A stretch of DNA of 11,624 nucleotides from Candidatus Calditenuaceae archaeon (GCA_025058055.1 JANXEU010000029.1:1-11624); one strand, 5' to 3'. Shown: positions 1 to 7,016, numbered from the stretch's first letter. Program-made: numbers and translations. Notes: a model not told the origin generated them from the letters alone.

Positions 1-1133
1 TTCCTGAGGCCACCCATCTGGTCGATGTCGTTGGTAGCGACCGCGTGAATCACGGAGCCCGCCGCGAGGAAGAGGAGGGCCTTGAAGGCCGAGTGGCTGA
101 GCAGGTGGTAGACCCCGGAGGCCCAGCCCGCGACCGAGCCGGCACCGATCGCCGCGAACATCAAGGCCAGCTGGCTGATCGTGGAGTACGCCACCACCCT
201 CTTGATGTCGTTCATGACGAGGCCCATGGTGGCCGCGAAGAGAGAGGTGAAGCTGCCGATGGTGATCATCAGCGCGTACCAGTCGGAGAGCTGTGCTGTG
301 CCGAAGTGCTCGACCGGGACAAGCGTCCAGGAGTATCTGGCCATCAAGTAGACTCCGGCCTTGACCATCGTTGCGGCGTGGATGAGCGCGCTGACAGGAG
401 TGGGGCCCTCCATGGCGTCCGGGAGCCAGACGTGGAGCGGGAACTGGGCGGACTTGCCCATCGCTCCACCGAAGGCCAGCAGCATCACCAGCGACATGAA
501 GCCGGGGTCGATCCCCTGACCGTGGACCTTATGGGCGATCTCCGAGACGCTGAGCGACCCGAACCTCGAGAAGAGGAGCGCTATTGAGGCGAAGAGCATG
601 ACGTCGCCTATCCTCGTGGTGACGAAGGCCTTGATCCCGGCGAGCCTCGCCTCCTTCCTGTGGTAGTAGAAGCTGATGAGCCCGTAGCTGCAGATGCCCA
701 CTATCTCCCAGCCTATGTAGAGGCCTGCGAGGCTGTCCGAGACGACCAGCAGCGTCATGCCGCCGATGAAGAAGGTCATGAAGAACCAGTACCTCGGGAG
801 GCCCTCCTCATGGGACATGTAACCCACGGAGTAGATCAGGATGAGAAGGCCGATGCCGTTGGCGATGGCTGCCATGAGGACCGAGAGCGGGTCCAGGAGA
901 ACGCCGAACTTCAGCTCCGTGCCGCCGGGGAGGGCGAGCCACGAGGCCTCGACGACCTGAGAGGGCTTGCCGTAGACGTCCGGGATCATCGAGACGGCGA
1001 AGGCCGTTGAGAGCGCAACCAGCGAGATCGAGTAGAGCTCACCGACGCGCTTTCCGATTTTGAAGAACGCGGGCACCAGCGTCGACCCGAGGATCGGTAT
1101 CAGCCAGACCAGCCAGGGCGCGTAGGGCAGCAT
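1..1133 (-). CDS. Complex I antiporter-like subunit, NuoL/MrpA family (NADH-quinone oxidoreductase chain L or Mrp antiporter subunit A). N-terminal ~377 aa only; the C-terminus lies beyond the left window edge.
   Basis: I translated the minus strand by hand from the ATG at 1133-1131, which is preceded by an in-frame TGA at 1160-1158. It reads MLPYAPWLVWLIPILGSTLVPAFF...LDPLSVLMAAIANGIGLLILIYSVGYM...GWEIVGICSYGLISFYYHRKEA...TTRIGDV...GKSAQFPLHVWLPDAMEGPTPVSALIHAATMVKAGVYL...AYSTISQLALMF...HLLSHSAFKALLFLAAGSVIH and stays open to base 3. These are hallmark motifs of the proton-conducting NuoL/ND5/MrpA family, including the chain-5 N-terminal segment. The + strand ORFs 45..587 and 660..1010 are R/E/D/G/H-rich antisense shadows. 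Confidence 0.9.
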   Translation of the reverse strand, partial: MLPYAPWLVWLIPILGSTLVPAFFKIGKRVGELYSISLVALSTAFAVSMIPDVYGKPSQVVEASWLALPGGTELKFGVLLDPLSVLMAAIANGIGLLILIYSVGYMSHEEGLPRYWFFMTFFIGGMTLLVVSDSLAGLYIGWEIVGICSYGLISFYYHRKEARLAGIKAFVTTRIGDVMLFASIALLFSRFGSLSVSEIAHKVHGQGIDPGFMSLVMLLAFGGAMGKSAQFPLHVWLPDAMEGPTPVSALIHAATMVKAGVYLMARYSWTLVPVEHFGTAQLSDWYALMITIGSFTSLFAATMGLVMNDIKRVVAYSTISQLALMFAAIGAGSVAGWASGVYHLLSHSAFKALLFLAAGSVIHAVATNDIDQMGGLR

Positions 1134-1308
1134 GATCTTCGGATAGCCCGCTATACCTCAGAATAAAGGCTTGACCCTGCAGAACGGACCGGGCCGACCA
1201 GGGCGTGGAGGACGGGCCTCTCGGAGCTATCTCAGTCCCTTGAGTCGTTACGGCGATGGCCGGAGCCCGGAGGAGGGACGGGGGAGCGATCGGGAGGCGC
1301 GCGGGTAG

Positions 1309-1848
1309 ATGAGCGGGACTCGAGTGCTCGGGCAAAGGGTGATGTATACTGCGGGTCGATGTAAGGTCGTGAGGCGGCTGGTCTTGGTGGGGTTGATAGT
1401 GGCCCTCGCGGTGATGCTGATGGGCACGTTGATGGCCGTGAACCTCGACAGGGGCGGGGCGGGCGGAGGGCCCTGCGCAGACAGACTGGGGTTCGACGAG
1501 AGGAACGGCGTGACGCTGACCCTGAGGCCGGCCTTCGTCGGAAGCGGTGTCAGGTCGATCGAGTACACGATCGTGAACAGGAGGAGCGAGCCGGTCTACT
1601 TCGGCGCGCCGTACGACGTCCAGAAGTTCACCGACGGCAAATGGGTCACGGTTGAATGGATGAAGGACCGTGTCTGGATAATGATACTCTACTCGCTGAA
1701 CTCCGGGGGGTCGATGACCCTGACGGTCGAGCTACCGGAAGACATCGAGCCGGGATGCTATCGACTCGTCAAGGAGGTAATGCTGCGGGACACCACGGAA
1801 TCCGAGTGGAAAGTAGAGCTGGTTGCGACGTTCGTCGTGGAGCGGTGA
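1309..1848 (+). CDS. Hypothetical membrane-anchored or secreted protein with a single N-terminal hydrophobic helix and a beta-rich, possibly Ig-like, C-terminal domain
   Basis: The ORF track gives a 179-aa ORF. A hydrophobic anchor (RRLVLVGLIVALAVMLMGTLMAV) is followed by a G-rich linker and alternating beta-strand-like patterns (IEYTIVNRRSEPVYFGAPYDVQKFTDGKWVTVEW, MTLTVELPEDIEPGCYRLVKEV). These resemble Ig-like/proteinase-inhibitor-like folds, but that is only an impression. The start is ambiguous: in-frame ATG 1309, ATG 1342 or GTG 1369, the last giving MRRLVLVG. Confidence 0.6.
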   Translation: MSGTRVLGQRVMYTAGRCKVVRRLVLVGLIVALAVMLMGTLMAVNLDRGGAGGGPCADRLGFDERNGVTLTLRPAFVGSGVRSIEYTIVNRRSEPVYFGAPYDVQKFTDGKWVTVEWMKDRVWIMILYSLNSGGSMTLTVELPEDIEPGCYRLVKEVMLRDTTESEWKVELVATFVVER

Positions 1849-1868
1849 TCCTCAGCGGCCGATGAGAG

Positions 1869-1876
1869 TTAAATTA
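1869..1876 (+). promoter_or_regulatory. Candidate archaeal TATA box for the tRNA gene
   Basis: TTAAATTA is centred about 27 nt upstream of tRNA position 1 (base 1900). This matches the usual archaeal TATA-to-start distance. Confidence 0.5.
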
Positions 1877-1926
1877 GGGGCGCGTGAGAGTAACGACAGG
1901 CCGGGGTACCTCAGCTGGCTAGAGGC

Positions 1927-1943
1927 GTTTGCCGGACAAAGGG
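1927..1943 (+). other. tRNA intron 1 (~17 nt) at a non-canonical position between the D stem and anticodon stem; boundaries are approximate to within 1 nt
   Basis: There are 18 nt between the D-stem 3' strand (GAGG, ending at 1925) and the anticodon-stem 5' strand (starting at 1944), where only position 26 is expected. The insert can form a TTTG/CAAA hairpin (1928-1931 with 1937-1940). Confidence 0.6.
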
Positions 1944-1955
1944 CCGCGCTCATAA

Positions 1956-1975
1956 TCCCTCGGTGAGGGATGAAT
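1956..1975 (+). other. tRNA intron 2 (~20 nt) at or next to the canonical 37/38 position in the anticodon loop; boundaries are approximate to within 1-2 nt
   Basis: 20 extra nt separate the 7-nt anticodon loop from the 3' anticodon-stem strand. The intron pairs ATGA (1970-1973) with TCAT (1950-1953), covering the anticodon, and forms an internal CCCT/AGGG hairpin. This layout is bulge-helix-bulge-like. Confidence 0.65.
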
Positions 1976-2187
1976 CGCGGTTGTCGTGGGTTCGAATCCC
2001 ACCCCCGGCAGGTTCAACAAGAACCCTCATGAGATTCTGAACTAGGTGTCATCAACGAAACTTGGCCCTCGTGTTGGAGGAACAGAGGGACGCGGAGGGT
2101 TACGAAATGCATTCTGCACGAAAAACAGTAACTCAATTAACAGAATATCTACAGACTACATCAAAAATCAAAAACGAAGAGGAGAGG

Positions 2188-2649
2188 TTATGTCACGTTG
2201 GTGCAGGTCAACGTTGCAGACGTCGGTGCCCATGGGGCGGTTCCAGTTCCCAGAGTGGCCAGCACCGCTGTCGGGTAGGACTTGCCGCCTGCGCTGTAGA
2301 ACGCAAGCTCAACCGTAACTCCGGGAGGTGGGGACTGTACGTCTACGTCACACTGAACTGTCTGACCGACGGGTACCGCGACCGGGGCCGCCGGAGTGCC
2401 TATGGCCCTTCCCTGCACGACGACCTGAATTATCGAGGTGTCCGCAGATCCGGTGTTCCTCAACCTCACCCTGAACGTGTCTTGGTCGGTCATAACAGCC
2501 GAGACGATCTCCAGCTTCTCGAACCTCGTGAAGACTCCGACCAGACCGGAGGCCCAGAACGCCACCGCGATCGCGATCACGATAGCGACCGCAACCAGTA
2601 TAACCGTCGCGACTACCGGGCTTATCGCCTTCTTCTCCCGTCTTCTCAT
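2188..2649 (-). CDS. Archaeal type IV pilin-like protein with a class III signal peptide (DUF361 / archaeal flagellin N-terminal-like domain)
   Basis: The N-terminus is MRRREKKA|ISPVVATVILVAVAIVIAIAVAFWASG. A basic leader ends in K-A, followed by a ~21-residue hydrophobic helix, the typical prepilin-peptidase (PibD/FlaK-type) substrate. The C-terminal part is beta-rich with two Cys (QCDVDV and LTCTNVT). It is a paralog of the 2809..3240 gene. Confidence 0.85.
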   Translation of the reverse strand: MRRREKKAISPVVATVILVAVAIVIAIAVAFWASGLVGVFTRFEKLEIVSAVMTDQDTFRVRLRNTGSADTSIIQVVVQGRAIGTPAAPVAVPVGQTVQCDVDVQSPPPGVTVELAFYSAGGKSYPTAVLATLGTGTAPWAPTSATLTCTNVT

Positions 2650-2662
2650 TTCACCCAGATTG

Positions 2663-2690
2663 ATCTTTATCCAGTAGATAAATATTTCAT
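2663..2690 (-). promoter_or_regulatory. Candidate promoter (TATA-like tract) for the 2188..2649 pilin gene
   Basis: The minus strand reads AAATATTTATCTACTGGATAAAGAT, lying 14-40 nt upstream of the ATG at 2649 within an AT-rich 159-bp intergenic spacer. Confidence 0.4.
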
Positions 2691-2808
2691 GAATAAGAGA
2701 CTGATGATCATGAGAACCAACTGATTAACAAAATGAACCTAAAAGGCTCTAACTAATATTAATAGTTATGCTGTATTTTGCATGTTAGACACGAGATTGA
2801 TTAACAGT

Positions 2809-3240
2809 TTAGACACAGTGAACGGATTCTACGTTAGTCGCGAACGGCCCCGAGAAGCCACCGTGATTGGCCATGAACACGGTCGGGAACCTCTTCCCGG
2901 TGGAGGTGATCACCACCAGCTCGATCGAGGCACCGACTGGCAGGTCTCCGTTGACACGAACCACACAGGTCCTCACAGCCCCGGTCCCCACATCGATACC
3001 ACTCGGCAGCCGATAGTACACTCTGCCCATCAGCTCGACCGCCGAGATCGAGGAGACCGCCACCCCCGGGTTCTTAACGGTGAACTCGATCGTCCTGCCG
3101 TCGACGGTCCTTGCCCCGATGATTTCCAGCCTCTCGAAGGGCGTGACCTGCGCGACGAACCCCGAGGCCCAGAACGCGACCGCTACAGCGGCTACCACCG
3201 TGACGGCAATAAGGATCGCCGCCTCCACCGAGACCTCCAT
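2809..3240 (-). CDS. Pilin-like paralog with a conserved hydrophobic N-terminal helix but no recognisable prepilin leader
   Basis: MEVSVEAAILIAVTVVAAVAVAFWASGFVAQVTPFERLEIIGA aligns without gaps to the predicted mature N-terminus of the neighbouring pilin (ISPVVATVILVAVAIVIAIAVAFWASGLVGVFTRFEKLEIVSA). Both proteins have a central and a near-C-terminal Cys. Confidence 0.8.
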   Translation of the reverse strand: MEVSVEAAILIAVTVVAAVAVAFWASGFVAQVTPFERLEIIGARTVDGRTIEFTVKNPGVAVSSISAVELMGRVYYRLPSGIDVGTGAVRTCVVRVNGDLPVGASIELVVITSTGKRFPTVFMANHGGFSGPFATNVESVHCV

Positions 3241-3264
3241 CCAGCACAGTGAACGAGCCTCCAG

Positions 3265-3274
3265 TATATTATTA
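3265..3274 (-). promoter_or_regulatory. Candidate TATA box for the 2809..3240 pilin-like gene, implying a leaderless or near-leaderless mRNA
   Basis: The minus strand reads TAATAATATA, centred about 29 nt upstream of the ATG at 3240. Confidence 0.5.
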
Positions 3275-3348
3275 GAGCGCTCTTGTCCGCCCCGCTCGAC
3301 ACGTGGACCCGAAAAGCTTTTACCGAGTCTAGACGTAAATGAAACAGC

Positions 3349-5127
3349 ATGGGATTCTCCGACTCCTTCGCGTCCTTCTCCTTCGCCTACTTCAGGAGCT
3401 TGGGCAGTAAGATCGTCCTCCGCTTAGCTCCAGGCATACCGGACAAGCTGGACTCCACCGGGAAGCGCCTCCACCCGGAGGTCTTCGCGTCGATGGTGAT
3501 GAGCGCCTTCTTCATCTCGCTGGCGGTCACCGGGGCCGTCATGGCCGCTGTGTACCTGATAACGCTAAACTGGCTCTACGTGATCCTTCTCGTGCCCATA
3601 CCGGTGCTGGTGCTGCTCTTCGGCATAGCCTATCCGTACCTCTCCGCCGCCAACACCTCGTCCATGTACGAGAGCGAGGTCCCCTACGCAGCCGCCTATC
3701 TGGCCGTCATGTCCACGGGTGGCATACCGCCGTTCAAGAGCCTCGAACGCCTCGCTGAGACCGACCTCCTCCCGAGCATCGCCAAATCGGCACAGGTGGC
3801 CCAGATACACGTCAAGATCGCGGGCGAAGACCCCGTCACGGCAATCGAGAAGATGGCCAAGGGCATACCTTCGAAGGAGTACAGAGACCTGCTGCTGGGA
3901 TACGCGTCAACCCTCAGGAGCGGCGGCGACGTCGTCCACTACCTGATCCGGAAGACCGAGCAAATCTTCACGGGGAGGATGGGGACGATGAGGATCGTCG
4001 GCGAGAGGATGGGCATGCTGATGGAGGGGTTCGCGGCGATCACTATGATGCTCTCGCTGGTCCTCTTCACGATCTACATCATCTCGAGGGCCCTTCCGTC
4101 CGAGTTCATGGTGATGCCCCAGGAGCAGTTCGTCATCATCTCCTACGTGATCCTCCCCACGCTCTCCATCGTCTTCGTCTACATCGCCGACATCAGCCAG
4201 CCCAAGTACCCCCAGACCGACCCGAGACCCATGAAGGTCTTCTACCTCACGATGCCGGCCGGACTGGCGTTCCTAGTCCTCTTCGTCGTCCCCTTCTTCT
4301 TACCCGAACTGAGGACGATACAGCCCTTCAATTTCACCTCCTCCCTCATGGTCGGGTTAAGGTCCGCGATGGGCCTCGAACCCGGATACGAGTCGTCTCT
4401 TGCGCTCTGCCTCACCTTCATCGCCCTCTTCCTGCCAGGCGCGGTAGCCTTCAGGACCTACAGCTCCGAGAACTTCTCCGTCATCCACGGGATGACCCTC
4501 TTCCTCAGAGACCTCACAGAGGTCAGGAAGACCGGGCTGAGCCCAGAGCAGTGCATCATAGACCTCTCCCAGAACTCCTACGGCGCCTTCTCCAAGAGGC
4601 TGAGGGAGATCGCGAGACAGATAAGCTGGGGGATACCGCTGAAGAAGATCTATCAGGACTTCACCAAGAGGACCTACGGCTGGCTGGAGAAGGCAGGTAT
4701 ATTCATTCTAATTGACGCGATCGACGTCGGTGGTGGCGCTCCCGAGACCCTCGAGGTCCTCACGAGCTTCTCCGAGGATCTGGAGGAGATAGAGAGGCAG
4801 AAGCGCGCAACGCTCAGACCGCTCATGATGATACCATACCTGACGGCCATTCTACTGGTAGTGGTCGTGGTCATACTGATAGTCTTCATGAGGGAGCTCC
4901 TGAAGGTCGCCAGAATGCCCATCTCGACCGCCGAGTTCATCGGTTCCTTCCTCCCGCCGGTGATCTTCATCGCTGCGATCAGCGGGCTCGTCGCCGGTAA
5001 GATCTCCACCTCTAGAGTCGCAGGGGGCTTCGTTCACGCCACCATACTATCGGTCATCTCGCTGCTGGCGATCTGGATATCCGGAGTGATGGCTGTACAG
5101 TTGTTCCAGCTACCCTCCGTGGGTTGA
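3349..5127 (+). CDS. FlaJ/ArlJ/TadC-type polytopic membrane platform protein of an archaeal type IV pilus-like system, with two T2SS-F-like repeats
   Basis: The 592-aa ORF has two repeats, each a cytoplasmic helical domain followed by TM helices. Repeat 1 is VPYAAAYLAVMSTGGIPPFKSLERLAE...AGEDPVTAIEKMAKGIPSKEYRDLLLGYASTLRSGGDVVHYL. Repeat 2 is FLRDLTEVRKTGLSPEQCIIDLSQ...ISWGIPLKKIYQDF...IDAIDVGGGAPETLEVLTSFSEDL. There are many hydrophobic segments, and the size and layout are typical of FlaJ/UpsF/AapF-type proteins. Confidence 0.85.
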   Translation: MGFSDSFASFSFAYFRSLGSKIVLRLAPGIPDKLDSTGKRLHPEVFASMVMSAFFISLAVTGAVMAAVYLITLNWLYVILLVPIPVLVLLFGIAYPYLSAANTSSMYESEVPYAAAYLAVMSTGGIPPFKSLERLAETDLLPSIAKSAQVAQIHVKIAGEDPVTAIEKMAKGIPSKEYRDLLLGYASTLRSGGDVVHYLIRKTEQIFTGRMGTMRIVGERMGMLMEGFAAITMMLSLVLFTIYIISRALPSEFMVMPQEQFVIISYVILPTLSIVFVYIADISQPKYPQTDPRPMKVFYLTMPAGLAFLVLFVVPFFLPELRTIQPFNFTSSLMVGLRSAMGLEPGYESSLALCLTFIALFLPGAVAFRTYSSENFSVIHGMTLFLRDLTEVRKTGLSPEQCIIDLSQNSYGAFSKRLREIARQISWGIPLKKIYQDFTKRTYGWLEKAGIFILIDAIDVGGGAPETLEVLTSFSEDLEEIERQKRATLRPLMMIPYLTAILLVVVVVILIVFMRELLKVARMPISTAEFIGSFLPPVIFIAAISGLVAGKISTSRVAGGFVHATILSVISLLAIWISGVMAVQLFQLPSVG

Positions 5128-5132
5128 TTAGA

Positions 5133-6740
5133 TCACTCAGACTTCGAAAGCTCACTTACGAGCTCGGAGACCACGGACGTTAAAACCTGTCTGAGAGCGA
5201 CATTACTGGGAGATGAAACATCGATGAGTTTGATGCCGAAGCTCTTTGCGATGGTCTCAACGGTCGACGGCCACTTCGCTACCGCCAGCACGTGAACCTC
5301 CTTGATCTCCTTCTCCAGCCTGAGCCAGACCGCCTCCGAGAGGACCTCGCCCGCGCTCCTGTAGGGGGAACCGAACGAGAGGAAGGCTGCCACTGGACTC
5401 TCGTCCCGCTTCACTAGGAGCTCGACGATGTGTGGTGTTCCCGCGGAGTCCAGAAGCACAGAAGGCGACTCGACCCTCAGCCCTGCCTCTTGCAGGAGAT
5501 TGTACAGCATCAGAAGCGGCCTCTTCTCCTTCTCCAGATACTCTTTGTACTCCGGCTTGAGCTTGAAGTTGTAGAAACGCTGATACTTGCCGTACTGCGC
5601 GTCGTAACGGTTGCCGCAGGCTTTGCAGGTGAACTCGGTTCTAGGTATCTCGGAGATCGACCCACACGAGTTACACCTGAAGAGGGTCGAGTAGAGCAAG
5701 AAGGTTACGCCCTGCGGCCTGCCTGCAGCACCTCCCTCTCCTGAACCGTATGACTGGACGTCCTCGCCTCTTATCCTGCACTGCGGACACTCATAGTAGG
5801 CGAGCTTCGTGAACGACAGTAAGGGGCCCAAATATCCGCAATTTGAGCACTGAATTACCTCTTGGCGCTCTATGTCTTCGGACTTGCAATACGCACAGAC
5901 GAGCTCGTAAGACGCATCGATACCGTTGCACCTAGGACACGACAACGTTTTGAAGGCGAAATCTCCTACCAGCACTCCCTTTCTCCAGAGCGAGGTTAAC
6001 AGCTCCAATATCGACCTCGATTCCAGGCCCAACGCCTCCTCGGCCTCTTGGTATCTGCCTCCGAGTGGTGCCCTGTCGTCTCTCAATGGTTTCAGGACTT
6101 TACCGTACTCTGCTAACCACTCAACTAACGTAAGCTCCGCGTGGGAAAGAGTGATGACCGTGGGGGCAGCGTCTACGAACTCCTGCACCTTGGTGAGAAC
6201 TTGTGGCTGATCGCTCGTCGACACCAATTGAACGGTCGATTCCGAGGGCGCCTCCTCCTGAGGCTTTGGTGAAGAGGACTGGGCCGTCCCAGCGGGCGAT
6301 GGAATCTGAACACGCGCTTCTTCACGTTGCTCGGTTTGCGCGACCGTCTTCTCAGGCTTCTTCTCGAGACCCGACACCAACGCGTACGCTATCGAAACAC
6401 TGAGACCTATAGCTGGAAGAGGGACAGAGAACACGACGTGTCTTCCAAAAGCAGCCACACCTTCTGGAGTGATAAGGGACACAACGAACGTCCCGATGAC
6501 CCATCCCACCAACACGCCGAGTAAGGCTAGGACGTTTCCAGCAATGCGACGCAAGAACAGCATGAGAACGCCGAGTATCACACCACCGAGTACCGAGGGC
6601 AAGAAAACGAAGAACTGTGAAAGGGGAGAGAGTAAAAGGAGCGCGACAAGGGTCACGACAGATCCCAGAGCAATGTTAACCAGTAAGGGTAATAATTTGC
6701 CCCTATATGCGGATCCCGTCATCATTTCTCCGCCATTCAC
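5133..6740 (-). CDS. Membrane-anchored multi-Zn-ribbon protein: ~4-5 N-terminal TM helices, a low-complexity linker, a helical domain, six CxxC pairs and a C-terminal alpha/beta domain. Function unknown.
   Basis: The ORF is 535 aa. TM segments lie within residues ~15-125 and a P/Q/E/S-rich linker spans ~130-180. Cys pairs are at residues 268/271, 282/285, 298/301, 318/321, 356/359 and 372/375 (nt 5616-5939). The track start at 6740 is GTG. ATG codons at 6725 and 6722 (MMTGSAYRGK...) are plausible alternatives, since a TATA-like AAAATATATG (6751-6760, minus strand) lies ~30 nt upstream of them. Confidence 0.75.
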   Translation of the reverse strand: MNGGEMMTGSAYRGKLLPLLVNIALGSVVTLVALLLLSPLSQFFVFLPSVLGGVILGVLMLFLRRIAGNVLALLGVLVGWVIGTFVVSLITPEGVAAFGRHVVFSVPLPAIGLSVSIAYALVSGLEKKPEKTVAQTEQREEARVQIPSPAGTAQSSSPKPQEEAPSESTVQLVSTSDQPQVLTKVQEFVDAAPTVITLSHAELTLVEWLAEYGKVLKPLRDDRAPLGGRYQEAEEALGLESRSILELLTSLWRKGVLVGDFAFKTLSCPRCNGIDASYELVCAYCKSEDIERQEVIQCSNCGYLGPLLSFTKLAYYECPQCRIRGEDVQSYGSGEGGAAGRPQGVTFLLYSTLFRCNSCGSISEIPRTEFTCKACGNRYDAQYGKYQRFYNFKLKPEYKEYLEKEKRPLLMLYNLLQEAGLRVESPSVLLDSAGTPHIVELLVKRDESPVAAFLSFGSPYRSAGEVLSEAVWLRLEKEIKEVHVLAVAKWPSTVETIAKSFGIKLIDVSSPSNVALRQVLTSVVSELVSELSKSE

Positions 6741-7016
6741 TAGGCATCCCCATATATTTTTGTTTCTAAAATAACAACCACTTAAGATCGCTCCCAGCTT
6801 GCCTCACCCATGAAGGGCACAAATCTTCACCATGTGGCCCCTTGAATTCGGGTATTATGCTTTCGGATCAGCTCCGAAGTTATGCTAAAGGACGAACTAT
6901 CGACGTTTTCGTTAGGAGTTTAATTTTTAATTTATATATTGGACAGTTGAGATTCACCGAGCGCTTGGAAAAGACAAAGTTTATTGAATTAACGTTGCGA
7001 AGAGGCTGTTCGGGCT

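Larger units (their letters stand above)
1900..2010 (+). tRNA. tRNA with anticodon CAU (elongator Met, or Ile2 if C34 is modified), interrupted by two introns. The mature length is 74 nt and CCA is not encoded.
   Basis: I folded it by hand. The acceptor stem is GCCGGGG (1900-1906) paired with CCCCGGC (2003-2009), with discriminator A2010. The D arm is CCTC/AGCTGGCTA/GAGG (1909-1925). The anticodon stem is CCGCG (1944-1948) paired with CGCGG (1976-1980), and the loop is CTCATAA (1949-1955) with CAT at 1951-1953. The variable loop is TTGTC and the T arm is GTGGG/TTCGAAT/CCCAC (1986-2002). G1-C72 and the lack of a GGG/CCC anticodon stem argue against an initiator tRNA. Confidence 0.85.

Noticed and set aside
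45-1010. The + strand ORFs 45..587 (180 aa) and 660..1010 (116 aa)
   Set aside because: Their translations are low-complexity and R/E/D/G/H-rich, with no recognisable motifs. The opposite strand encodes an uninterrupted protein with textbook NuoL/MrpA motifs. They are antisense shadow ORFs typical of GC-rich coding DNA.
1039-1568. The minus-strand ORFs 1039..1335 and 1248..1568
   Set aside because: They are P/S/R/A-rich and featureless. One overlaps the NuoL-like start and its promoter region, and the other is antisense to the 1309..1848 ORF, which has a clear signal anchor and beta-rich domain.
2701-2730. Possible C/D box sRNA: CTGATGA at 2701-2707 followed 13 nt later by CTGA at 2721-2724
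   Set aside because: Only a C box plus D'-like half is present. I could not find a convincing C' box or a terminal D box (CUGA) at the expected spacing downstream, nor terminal complementary ends. The match is most likely chance in an AT-rich spacer.
2046-3427. The + strand ORFs 2046..2318, 2062..2724, 2438..2677, 2782..3252 and 3080..3427
   Set aside because: All are antisense to, or overlap, the two pilin-like genes, whose N-termini carry unmistakable class III-type hydrophobic helices. The + strand products are R/D/H-rich or mirror-image hydrophobic artefacts.
5128-5132. A possible GC-content break at the convergent junction, suggesting horizontal acquisition of the right-hand part
   Set aside because: I counted GC in single 60-nt lines. 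Lines 1, 3601 and 4201 gave 62%, 65% and 63%. Lines 5161 and 10021 gave 50% and 55%, but line 7261 inside the MFS gene gave 65%. This is too noisy to claim a shift without a proper sliding-window and codon-usage calculation.
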